Positions 36,701 through 48,376 of a DNA stretch of 64,000 bases are shown here, piece after piece (the first letter of the stretch is position 1; every line of letters begins with the position of its first letter). The stretch lies in the NCBI GenBank assembly GCA_030704615.1, contig CM060732.1, forward strand, positions 29,264,001 through 29,328,000. The letters are read 5' to 3'. This DNA is from Takakia lepidozioides. Lineage: Eukaryota > Plantae > Bryophyta. The notes beneath the pieces are model-generated. The model was not told the DNA's origin. It did no database searches and worked only from the letters and a program-made list of their open reading frames with translations. Position numbers and translations under genes: made by a program.

Positions 36701-37559
36701 GGTTGATGCTCCTTCAACAACAGACACAAGTAAAGGCAGTGGTAAACCCTTCTCCCTGTCATCGGGGTTTTGTCATCGGGATAATTTAGGTTTTCCTGTG
36801 GCGGTCTGAGTTTCTTAGGGCTCTGCGGCCTGAGTTTGCTGATAGTGAGGTTTAAGTACTTAGGGTTTGTTGTCACCAGATCGTCTCAAGGTTATTGAAA
36901 GCTTTGCAAACTTTGTGAAGGCAGGCAGAAACTCCACTTGCCTTCACTCCATACATTTTTGCAAGGCTTTCGTAGCAGGGGTTGTAGGGTATGTCTTCTT
37001 GTACTTACTGGAGCTGTTTGTCCCGTAGGTTATGTTTACTCCCGCAGGGTCCCCTAAATCCCCAACGTCTCGTTTGGTGTAATTCAGAGGTTGTGTAGAT
37101 TCTTGGCACCTAGGTTGCTGATGCTGGGATCTTTTCTTGATTCTTTTCATAGCTAGGGTTTGTTTGATGCGTGGCTGCAAATATGCGTAGTATCGTTCAA
37201 ACCCCTCATTTCTCATGAGTGCCTAGGGTTGTCTTTATTTGTTGCATCGAGTATTTGTGGAGTTCTTGATACTTGGGTTTTGTTTCTGGAGTTTGTCTGG
37301 ACAATGACTAGCTAGAGTAACGAGTTGCCTTGTGGTGGTTTGAGATTCTTAGGGTCCTGTGGCCTGAGTTTGCTGATAGTGAGGGGTTCGTGTGTCACCG
37401 GATCGTGGTAACTTCTGCCTTGATATTCTGGTAGTTGACCGTCATTTTGGTCGTTCACTTGTGAGTGCTTGCCGTCCTTGCATCCACTTCTATTGTTATT
37501 CTGAGTCATTTTGTTGCTGTTGTTTGTGATACATCTCAAGCAGGTTACCGCAAAGATCG

Positions 37560-38560
37560 TTCTGAAGCTTGGATTAGGTGCATGCTGCTCCCACAGCTAC
37601 CTGAGCTCCCCCAAAATAAGGCCGGTCTTGAAAAGGTATTGTTCCCTGAGCAGCATCGGAAGCTTCCTGTAACGCCGCAGACCTACGAGTATGTATCAGC
37701 AACAATGCCCGAGTTGGCGGCGAATGTTTTAATCGAGACAGATGGTTCAAGACTTCCTTGTTTAGTGGGAGCCTTCCTATCGCGCCAACTTGAGGAGATA
37801 GTCACCGAGATACAAACATCGTTCCTCGTTGCATGCGGCGGCTTGCAAGAGTTCTTTGGCGTTTTCAAGCAATATGTGGCCGGTTTTAAGGTCACGTTTT
37901 CGTTCAATTCTACTGAAAGGGCGCGGTACAGTTCCTCCCAAACTACCGCACGCAGGACAAGGCCTGATACGATTGGCATAGCCTTTGGATGCACCTTCCT
38001 AGTAGGTGAAGACAAGGTTGACAACTTGCATGCAAAGGCGATCTTCGTTCTAAGATGAGGTCGCTTAATCCGATGTTTTAGGGGGAATTGAAATTTATTC
38101 TAGGCTACGTAGCAGCAGGCACTGAATTTCAGTGGGTGTACATTGGCAGGAGAGGTCCGAAGGAGTTGTATCCAGTGGGTCGACGTCTTAACCTATCAGA
38201 TATTTCTGATCGCTGCCATTTTTTACTCAGCGTAGGCTATGCCTTCCAGCTAATGAAGAAAATGCAGGACTCTGTTCCGGTAGTCCCAGGTCGCCGTGCT
38301 ATGTTTTCTATGGAAAAGTCACCGGATGGAACGAGGAGTATTTACTTTTATGATGACAAAGTGGCGAAGCACATTAGAGACTTTTCTAGTTATAGTGCTG
38401 ACCAGGGGACGAATATTACCGTGATAAAGAGGGCTTATGTTACTGCGACAACATGTAAGTTTCTACCGCAGATGGTGACATTGCCTGTCGAAACTGCTCA
38501 TGGATCCTACAGAGTTGAGTTTGGTCCTCTTGGATACCAATGCAGAATTGGATTCCAAAG
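37560..38560 (+). pseudogene. Crinkler-like REase(+kinase) protein, frameshifted and truncated
   Basis: RPDTI....FLVGEDK (PD-(D/E)xK-like), FILGYVAAGTEFQW, LNLSDISDR, DKVAKHI..PLGY. Confidence 0.6.
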
Positions 38561-39099
38561 GATATTTTGTGGATCACGTCACTGCTCAAGGGAGCTTCAC
38601 ATTAAGGGTCATGTTCAGCGATGTCATAGGGCTGGTTGCATCACAGAAAATATCATGGCAGCACTGTTGGCGCTGAGATCATAGGGCAAGGCTGTTGTAT
38701 AAAAGTAGAACCAAGAGCAAGAACAATTCAAAACTCCTCATCCATGTCAGCTCTTCTGCTGCGGCGTGGATGAGGATTGCATGAACTCTGATCACGAACG
38801 AACTAAGGGAAACCCACAGCCATGTGAAGATGGTTGGATCATTAGAACGTTCCTTCCTTTTGCTTTGACTTCAACTGGGGAGGAGTACAGATTAGAATCA
38901 CCCAGAAGAGGATTCACGCCCCTTCTTTTCACACTACAATACCTCTTCAACAACTTAGGCTTCCAGCCGCATCTCTGCAACCTGCTCCCACTCTGGGTGT
39001 GCAGCGAACAGGGTAGCTTCCTGCTCCTCATCCAGTCCTCCTCTCCAGTCATACTCTCTGACCCCTCGAGGTCTTCTCGTAGCAGGTAATCTACTAGAT

Positions 39100-41986
39100 T
39101 TCTTAGTGGTAATTTGTATCTCGTGCATCCCATTATGCACAGTTAGTAACTGAGAATTCCAGTCATGGAATACCCTGGCCTGTTTCAGCCACGGACGTCC
39201 CAATAATAAGGAGTAAGCCTCCATGACTTCATCCATCTTCAACACAGTTACTGTGATCATAAAGATCATCTTCTGTATCTGTATCTTAACTCCTCTTATC
39301 TATCCCAATGGCTATACACTTCTTTGATCTGCCATTGTTACTATAAATGGGGCTGGTTTCATGTTACTTAGACCAAGCTTCTTCCTTAATTGGTCTGTCA
39401 TGATATTTACTCCAGAGCCTCCATCTATCAGTACATCAGTTAGTTCTGTGCTTCCAATTCTTAATTGGATTACTGGCATAGAATCATCAAAGTCCATGAC
39501 TGTTTCTCGCCCTTCCGGCTTCACATTATAACTGGTCACCTTGCTGTTCAGGTCTGTGTTTCCTGTCTCCTGGGCAATTCGATTGATTGCTTGATACAGC
39601 CTGTGTCTACAATAAGGTGTCACAGCCAATAGCTGTCCAATGGTAATCTCTGCTTTGGTCTGGCATATTACTTCAGCCAAAGTCCCTTCATTACTTTGCA
39701 TGTCTGCAATTTCTTTCTTCCTTTCATCCTCACTCACTTCTTCTTCTCCTTCAGAATCAGAGGAATCTGCCACAAGAATATCAGTACTCTTTTGCATTTC
39801 CCTTATGGTATTTGCCACTTCCTTGTGCAGTTCCTTCTCATCTCTCCAAGCCTCATAATCTTTAGGCATATCACTGCCATCTTTATTATCATCATCTTCC
39901 TAACCTACTGGAGGTATTAGTTTGGCTTTGCTTCTTGTTACTATCATTGTACTTACTTCTGGTACAACACATTGCCTAACCATGTGAGCTGCCACCACTG
40001 GGCCCTCATTCACAAGAGCTCTCATCTCATTCTGGTGTCTAATCCATAATGAACAGGCTGCCTTGCGATGTCCTGGCTGATTACAATAGTAACACAGTTC
40101 TTCACCATTGGGTCCTTGCCCTTGGTCTGCTCTTGGATTATTTCTGTAATCCTGATTCCCTGGCTGGTAATTCCCCCTTGGATTACCCTGATAGTTGCCT
40201 CTGGAATTTCCTTGGTAATTCCCTCTTGAATAACCTCTCCCTTCCATGCCATTGTTATATCCACCAGGCCTACCATAGTGGTCCTGATCACTGTTTCTTC
40301 TTGGCTGGGGCTGCACTTGATGCACCCTTACTTGCCTAGGTTCTCTGGTTGTTGTCCTTCTGTTGTAGTAACAATTCTCAGTAGAATGGTTATCCATTTT
40401 ACAGATAGTACAGTGTTTCTCCTTCATGTGGCATTCAGTGGTGGTATGGCCTTCATTCTGGTTGCACACCAAACACCCTTCCTCCAATGTGTTGCAGCCT
40501 CTGTGGCATACTTCTTCAAGATTTCTTCTAATCTTTTCTCATAGTTATCCCTCTTCAACTTCTCCTTTCTCTTACTCTTCCTTTACAGTTCTTGCTCTTC
40601 TTCTTCATCTGACTCATCCTCAGAGTCCTCATCATCCCTTTTCTCTCTCCTGAGCATTCCCAATTGCTCAATTCTGTTTGCTGTTTCAAATGCCTCCTCC
40701 ACTGTATTATGGGGTAACATATCCACTTTCTTCTGCAACTCTGGTCTTAGTCCACTCACAAACCAAGTCTTCTGTAAACCTGGTGCTGGTACAGCAGCCA
40801 GCTTTTTCATCATCAATTCCATCTTTTCCATATACTCCTCAACAGTTTCATGCTTATTTTGCTTTAATTGTTGTAAACTTCCATACACTTCATCCTCAGT
40901 TTTACTTGTCCTAAACCTATTTCGGAATGCTGTATTCAAGCCATTCCAGGTTAGGAAATGATTATCAGGGAATCTTGCATACCATTCACTTGCTTTCTTG
41001 ATAAGGGAACAAGGAAACAGTCTTATCTTGGCATCATCGCCATTCTCATTGTTCACTATACACATGTGCTCAAATTGGCTAATGTGTACATCGGGATCCC
41101 ATTTTCCTGAATATATTGGAAAATGTGGTTTTGCCCGTGTTGGTTGTAACGCCATCTGTGGCCCTACCCTCTGCCCACTTGCAGATGTTGGCACCCTTGC
41201 TGGTGCTGGTCCTTGAGGACCTGTTGTAGTTGTGGTGGATCTTCCACCCAGTGGTGGCCCCTGAGCACTCCCTGCTACTGGCCCCACGATATTCACAATA
41301 TTCCCAGCTCCAGTTGCACTACTTCCCACACTCCCTGTCCCCCCAGAGCCAGATCCAAGTAGCCCGCCTGATCCCCCTGAGCCGACACCTTCGTTGGCCT
41401 GTGATCCAAGTGCTCCACTTGATCCAGGTCCAACGGGTTGGGATGTCCTGGTTGTAGTCTCAACCTCAGCTGTTGGGTCTACTTCTTCATACTCTTCCTC
41501 TTCCAATCTCTTCTCTCTGTTTTCATCCTCCAAGTTCTGCCCTTGGGTTTCTTCTTCACTCATGTAACTCAACTGTAATGGTGTTGGAGAGTCTGAACTC
41601 TCCGTTGGCTCTGCCATATCCTCTCCTCCTTCTTCACCTTCCGCTTCAGAAACTGGAGTTCCTGCTTTTGGTGTTCCATGCCAACTCTTATCAAAGATTT
41701 TTGTCAAATCTTTTATCCAGGGATGTACCTCAGATCTTTCACCTCGTGATTGATCTTCTTCCCGTACCTATTCCCTTAATCTTTCTTGCAAAGAAAAAGA
41801 AGGAGTGGCGTCCAACTCTAGTTCTTCCGGTATGGGTGATGTACTCTCTGATCTTAATGGTGTGAGAGGTCCAGATGATTCCCCTATGTCTATTCTTCTC
41901 TCCCAAAGATATGGATAATTAGCTTTCAGATAGCTTTCTTTTTTTGCTGAATATCTCTGGAGTCTAGCTTCTCTTTCATCACTCAT
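39100..41986 (-). pseudogene. Gypsy gag-protease (frameshifted)
   Basis: FPIYSGKWDPDVHISQFEHMC, WFVSGL; CLVCNQNEGHTTTEC, CTICKMDNHSTENC, CYYCNQPGHRKAAC; LIDGGS; LLLGRPWL. Confidence 0.92.
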
Positions 41987-42530
41987 GTCCCATGTCTTTC
42001 ATTTCTTTTTTGTGGCAATAACCAAAACTCTCTTCTGTAATATCTCTCGTATATGCCTGGGTTTGTTTCAAGCTTCAATGCACCCTTGGCTATACTAGAA
42101 GTCTCAGTTACCATATAACCATATGGCAAACAAGTCTGGAAAGCTGTTCTTGGTGTGAGTTTGATCCACATAATATCCTTTGGAATCCAATTCTTTACCA
42201 GTACAAGCTCTTCATGCATATGAGTATAAACATTCACTTTTCTTTCCTCCCAGCCTTCAAACTCTACTCTCTTAATGGATAGCAATGCTATCACATAAAC
42301 TAGTGTTGGTAACCAACGTGCTCTTCCTCTACAGGCCACTTGATAAATCTTTATCACTCCTTTCTCCAGACCCCACTCAGGGTCAGCATCATGCACTCTC
42401 TTAAGAATGTTTTCTTTACAACCGTCTGGCAATTCCAAGAACCTCTGAAAGATCGTTTGGACAATCTTTCCTTCTCAGTTTCACAGGGAATTTGATTCAC
42501 ATCAAATTCTTTAATTCTCCAACCATCATG
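41983..42530 (-). pseudogene. Extra ORF between PBS and gag
   Basis: WGLEKGVIKI...WIPKD homologous to WGLKGGVISI...WIPKD at 20010-19600; stop overlaps the gag start (ATGA). Confidence 0.7.
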
Positions 42531-42593
42531 ATCCCACCAGATGCATGTCACATCTGGTTGTTCATGACCCAGTTCCCCAGTATGGTCGCCAAA

Positions 42594-43429
42594 TGTCGAG
42601 CGGCTTTTACTCACCCATCCCTTCGCTATCCGAGGTGGGAACTCCAAGATAGAAGAGTTGGAAATCTCTAAGCACTCAGCCCGCTCAGAACAATTAGTCA
42701 TGACCTACAACCAGTGTATCATGGGGGTGTTTCCTATTTGTATTCCTTCCCGTATTCATGTTAGCTAGTTACCTTACTGTTGGTATTTAAGTATCAAATT
42801 GCTTCAGCAATCTATCGGATTCCATCAACTCATCCATTCATTCCACAGCTTCACTCAGATCTCTCTACACAGTGTGAGTATGAAGTATGTATCAGATTAA
42901 TATCTATCAAGTATCAGGCTAAAGCCATGGAGTCTCTAATCTGCTCTACATTACAACTCTACTGCTTGCATTCATCAAGCATCAACAGATCGTTCTCCTC
43001 CTACTCCGTGCTCTCCCTCTTTCTACTCAGAGATGCGCTCTCCGCTTCATTTCCAAGCCCCGATGCCAGAAATCCCCCCCACCAAGAAGTGATTTCCCCA
43101 AGAAGTGATCCCCTTTCCAGTCCCCGCTCCTGGCTTTATCTTCCTACCCGTTGTTCTAACCGTTTCCCTCACTAACCGTCATCCGTGAACTAGCATGTTC
43201 CATTCGCAAATGTTGTTTCCCACAGTCGTTCCCTGTCCTGCTGTCCTTTCCCTATGGTCGTGACAGCTGTGTCAAGCTATGACTGGCTGTGTGAAACTGT
43301 GACGGGTTGTGACTGGCTGTGCGACTGTGTCGGGCTGTGTCGAGCTGTAACTGGCTGTGCGACTGTGTCGGGCTGTGTCGGGCTGTGACTGGCTGTGCGA
43401 AGCTGTGACTGGCTGTGTTGGGCTGTGTA
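42594..43429 (-). repeat. Gypsy LTR with 10-bp GGCTGTG-type repeats at its 5' end
   Basis: Bounded by PPT on one side and CA-TT-PBS on the other; repeat array 43260-43428. Confidence 0.8.
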
Positions 43430-43545
43430 TCTCCCCCCCTAAAGCCTGTTGCTATCACCCCTAAGGCTCCTGTTGGTCTCAGTCTGTGTAAAAATTAAGG
43501 GTACCCCACAGATCCCGTAAAAGCGTCTAAGTCCTAAGCAGCCCT

Positions 43546-44841
43546 CTAACACACTCTCATCTCCTTTCTCTCCCGAGTATCAAGTATGCAAGAATCTAGA
43601 ATTATTTGAGCAATGATTGGACCAAACACAATGATCGGAGACTTTGCAGTAGTGCCCTGTAACCTCTTCATCTCGTCCACCAATCCGTTGTGCATTAATT
43701 CCGCCCAAGCGACATCCTCTCCCCTCAAAGCTTTCAAGATCTCCTCTGTGAAGGACCTGCTCAAATATTGTTGGTTCTGTTTCATGGCAAACAGAACGTT
43801 CAAGATTTGGCCAACCTCCCTAAGCCCTGGGTACTCGGCTTTGGTACAAGCAAAACCTTGAGTTTTAAATAAACTCCCTTCTTGGAACAAATTCCCTATC
43901 TGCAATCTTGCCCTGTGCTCATCCACCTCCACATGTCCTGATGGCAAATCAAACAGTTGTTGCAGGTACTGGGGAGTAATTTCTATATCTACTCCCCTCA
44001 CCTGAGTAACTCCTGTCCGAGGCTCAAAGTTTTGAAGAAATTGTATCATGAACTGCCGATGATGCAGGGACCAGTCCTTGCGTAGCAATCCCTCCAATCG
44101 CAGCTCCTTCAGTAGCTGCACCGCCTTTGGTGCAGCGATCGTTTGCTTCTGTAAGATTGTGGTGCTTTTCACCCTGATATCTTCCATTCCTCTCACTCTC
44201 TTCATTCTGGACAAACAGACAGGTTTTGGTTGCAACAACTGAAGAAACGCCTGCAGGGCACAAAGCATAAAAGTATGGTTGGCGCAGAATGAAATGGGTA
44301 AGTGCTTGTAAGCCTGTGGGGCTTGCAAGTAGCGATTTAGAGAAAATGTACTCTCCGTTCGTCTGTCCTTGTGCCACTGTGTAAGTAGTAAGGCGAGCGT
44401 GTAGTCTGTTATTTCCGCCATAGCTTCAAAGCTATAGCTTTGATTGTCTCTCCTGACGAGACGCCCGTTACTTGGAACGACGCCGACTCTTGCGCTCAAA
44501 ATCCCTTCAATTTCTTGATTCCGCTTCTTGGAAAATACCCTCTGCAGGTAATTCTGGCTCATGATTGGCTGTTGGCTGTGTGATTGGTTTTGTAGTTTAA
44601 TTCCCTTCCATGGATTTTCCACTCTGGACTGTCCATTAGGATAGCACATGTGACATGGATTTCGTTTTTTGGTACTTTTAAAGGGTTCCGTTACCCTTTC
44701 CCTGTATGCATTAATGGGCCCATAATAAGTTAATGTGTCGGGTAGGTACTTTGATGGCCAATTTTGTCTTCTTTCTTGATGACACTCGCTCTTGCAATCC
44801 ATGTTCGGCTGTGTGTCTCGCCCTGGCGTCCACATGTCCAT
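43546..44841 (-). CDS. Extra 3' ORF of the gypsy element (Athila/Tat accessory 'plant transposon protein'-like C-terminal half)
   Basis: 431-codon open frame; FMIQFLQNF...VRGVDIEITPQYLQQLFDLPSG..DVAWA pattern. Confidence 0.65.
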   Translation of the reverse strand: MDMWTPGRDTQPNMDCKSECHQERRQNWPSKYLPDTLTYYGPINAYRERVTEPFKSTKKRNPCHMCYPNGQSRVENPWKGIKLQNQSHSQQPIMSQNYLQRVFSKKRNQEIEGILSARVGVVPSNGRLVRRDNQSYSFEAMAEITDYTLALLLTQWHKDRRTESTFSLNRYLQAPQAYKHLPISFCANHTFMLCALQAFLQLLQPKPVCLSRMKRVRGMEDIRVKSTTILQKQTIAAPKAVQLLKELRLEGLLRKDWSLHHRQFMIQFLQNFEPRTGVTQVRGVDIEITPQYLQQLFDLPSGHVEVDEHRARLQIGNLFQEGSLFKTQGFACTKAEYPGLREVGQILNVLFAMKQNQQYLSRSFTEEILKALRGEDVAWAELMHNGLVDEMKRLQGTTAKSPIIVFGPIIAQIILDSCILDTRERKEMRVC

Positions 44842-44937
44842 TTCTAAACGTTCCTCTGTCCACTTTTCCGCCGGCCACTCTCCGGATGTTAACCCACGTC
44901 CACCTGTTACTGATCATATGGATTGTGTAACCCCAGT

Positions 44938-45140
44938 AGGCTGTGTTGAGCTGTGACAGGCTGTGTCATACTGTGGTACGCTGTGATAGGCTGTGACACG
45001 CTGTGGTAGGTTGTGATAGACTGTGTCACGCTGTGATGGGCTGTGATAGGCTGTGTCGCGCCGTGATGGGCTGTGATAGGCTGTGCCACACTGTGATAGG
45101 CTGTGTCGCGCCGTGATGGGCTGTGATAGGCTGTGTCGCA
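44938..45140. repeat. 10-bp tandem array (CTGTGATRGG-type) related to the LTR array
   Basis: About 20 degenerate units. Confidence 0.9.
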
Positions 45141-46173
45141 CTTGTACTGCCCGCCCTGGTCATATATGCTCGGCCTAGCGACAAGTGCTCCATACTCCGT
45201 TGGTATCACTGGCGCAGCTTGTGACTGCTTCTGCGTTTCAACATGCAAATCATGCTGCAATGGTTTGTCATTGATACCACTGTACCCCTTCAACTTATTG
45301 GCATTGACTCTTCCAGCATCTCTTTGTTAATGGTTTGTAACATGGCGGTGTTGTTATCATACATCTTCTGTATGACATAAGGTCCTTTCCATGGTGATTT
45401 AAGCTTAGAAGCTTTAATCTTTCCCTTCTTCTGCAACCAGAGAACCAAATCTCCCGTCTTAAAAATCTTTAACTTGCCTTCATCAAACTGTTCCTTCCTC
45501 TTCATCTGAATTCTGGTCATGTTATCAGCTGCATCAGCACGTACTTCTTCCACATGGTATAATTTATGTTTCCTGACCTTAATTGAATCTTGCAATTCCA
45601 TTCTCTTTCCCCATTCCGTTCTCATGGTAGATAACAGGAATTCCCTGGAAGTAAAGCTTCCATACCATAAACTAATTGGAATGGTGTATACTTAGTGGTG
45701 ACTTTATATGAAGTCATGTATGACCACAAAGCTGTCAGCAGCTTTGTATCCCAATCCGTTCTGTTTGCATTGACTATCTTAGCCAAGATAGTACATAGTA
45801 TTTTGTTGGTAGCCTCTGCCTGCCCATTACCCTGTGGGTAATACGTTGTACTCTTCCTATGCACAATCGTGAACTCTTTAGTCAATAGTTCAATGGTCTC
45901 ATTAATGAAGTGACTTCCCTGATCACTGATAAATTCCAAGGGACAGCCAAATCGTGTAAGTATGTTCTCATACAGGAACCTTGCTGTGGACTTGGCTGTG
46001 TTGTCCCTCAAAGCTTTAGCTTCCACCCACTTCGTAGTATAATCAGTGGCTGTAATTATGTACTTGTTTTGTGTATTCTTGGCCGGTGGGTTAATTGGTC
46101 CAACAAAGTCTAGTCCCCATTTTTGAAATGGTTCCGTAGGCATTGTAGGATGCAAAGCTATCTTCCCAGATCT

Positions 46174-48376
46174 GAGGTAGCCTATACTATATGCGCACAC
46201 AAATGCATGCATATGGAGGAATGTATGCGTGCATACAAATTTTAGATATGCATAGGAACAATTTTATATGCACAACACTTAAATAAGGGTACCCAAAAAA
46301 ATAAAATAAAATTGTGATTCATCTAATCTTAGGGTCCATAGTCAAAATATCAAAGGATGGAATAAGAATATTCTATATAGAATATTTCCTATTCATTGTA
46401 TTATTATTCCACATGGATGAGTATAGGAATGGGAGAGGAATATGTTGCTTTTATGGCTTTCCGACATGAGAAAAAAGGTCGAAAAATTAAAAAGTGGCGA
46501 GGCACGGCTCCTTGTTAGATACAAATGGTGAAGGTACGGGCTCTTCCAATGGTGGGAGTCTAGTTTGAAGTTCATAATGGGGCAATGCTAAGGGAATGTT
46601 AGGGAGCTTGACAATGCTAGGGAGCTTGTTACATAGGTTTTGCAGTATCTATATATCTATCTTCTGAAACATTTTTATTTTACAAAAACATAATGTCCAT
46701 CAGAGATAGAACCCACAACCTATCAGGTATCAAGCCTAGTTCATACCACTACACTACCCATTCAGACTTGAAACACTAATGAAATGAAACACTAATGAGA
46801 TAAAGATAGTCACCCTGTGTGTACATAACATGCCACAATCCTCATAAGGGTTGATCTTACTAATGATGAAATTTGATAGTGCTGAAGTGCATGTCGAACT
46901 TGCATTAAGGTAAAGGGATCTATGAAATGCAGTAGAGATCTATGTACAAACTATTACATAGATAAATCAAATGACAGGAAGATAACATGAAATCTGATTT
47001 CAACACCATGTCATTTGCCCCATTTGTTTTACCTTACACTAGAGAGAAATACATGTATCATAAAAAATAACAAAAAATTCGGACTGACAATGAGGACAAT
47101 GTATTGTATATGTAATTTCTAATTACCTACATAACATCATCAGCTGATACTTCATCATCCGTGTCATAAGCCTGTGATTCAGAGGCATACACATCCATGA
47201 AAGCCTCAACTCTACACAACCTATCCACGGATTGTCCAACAATAGCTGCTCTTCGGTCAAACAACAGATCATTAGAAAGACCTACATCACGTTGTTGATG
47301 TATTGAATGGAAAGCTTGGGACTCGGCATACGAAGGTAGATAAAACGATGAAAGAGGATTTTGGGGTAGACTATGGTAGATGGTCCGCACAATCCCATCA
47401 CTGCATCACACATACATGTATTTTTATGTTAACAAATCAAATGGGAATGGTTTGCTTTGAGATTGCAACAAAGGGAATGGAGGCGAGACATACTCACTAG
47501 GAAGTACTGCCGAGATGAAGACCAAGCTTGCGCGCCACCTTAGGAGCGGGGGGTTCCAACAAACTCATAGGACGTTGAATGGTTGGAGTTACCACAGATG
47601 AAACCAAAACGGGTTGAGTATTTTGAAGTGCAGAGAGACATGTTGCATACAACATCTGGTCCCCCTCAAGACCAAATACGTGATGTCCAGACTCGCGGGC
47701 AGCAATAAATGTAGAACCTGCAGGAAAAAAACATGCAATGATGATATTATATCGGATAACAGTTAATGATCATGAATCAGCTCAGAAGATTTTAATTACA
47801 AAATGGAGACCAATGCAAACTTGTGCCAGCTGTGAGATCCAAAATGCGGGAGCCAGGAGGTGAGCATGTCTCCAACAACACTTGCATGAAGGCGGGACTA
47901 CGGTCTCGCGCACCCCTCCAGGCTTGTTGAGGAGTTTGCATGGGTAGTGCAACATCTGGAATGTGGTTGTAGATGGCATCCAACTCAACAGGGTCTGCAA
48001 GGGGGTCCACAACTTTGCCAGACTCACGCAGTTTGAATAGTCCTCCTTGCTTGGTGAGGACATGGGCGTGGAAGAACATGGTCTGTTAGACGTGCCATTT
48101 CCACAAAAACAGTGCACCCGGATGGTTTAATAATATGTATGAGAGTAGGAAGATGAAACATCAAATGAGATATTGAAGAGGGATGATTTTTACCTTTCCT
48201 GTCTGAGTGTGTAGAGGGGTGGTATTGATGCAAGTATATTTCCTTGATAATACGGAAATAGAGCTGCCCCTGGAGTAAGAAAAGAGCTCCAATGCAAAGG
48301 AATCATCGGAGCCCTGCAAGAACACCAAGCATCCATTGTCATCCAACAGGTCATTAGCAATGGAGAATGCATACTC
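46174..48376 (-). mobile_element. Partial second copy of the MULE-like element: terminus plus 3' exons of the methyltransferase-like gene
   Basis: 47832-48376 nearly identical to 8007-8599 apart from an intronic indel; continues ILDLTAGT|STFIAARESGHHVFGLEGD (exon from 47717) and an acidic last exon ending at 47127. Confidence 0.88.

Larger units (their letters stand above)
38800..46172 (-). mobile_element. Ty3/gypsy element in permuted/tandem arrangement: integrase - extra 3' ORF - PPT - LTR - PBS - extra 5' ORF - gag - protease
   Basis: Integrase PFQKWGLDFVGP, SDQGSHF, YPQGNGQAE, WKGPY (46170-45290); PPT 43440-43431; LTR ~43429-42594; PBS 42591-42574; gag with CCHC knuckles; protease LIDGGSGVNIM. 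Confidence 0.9.

Noticed and set aside
47497-47499. Stop codon ending the MTase-like gene
   Set aside because: The TAG overlaps a strong donor (TA|gtgagt) and a further exon with LPSYA, echoing LPTYA in paralogue B, follows
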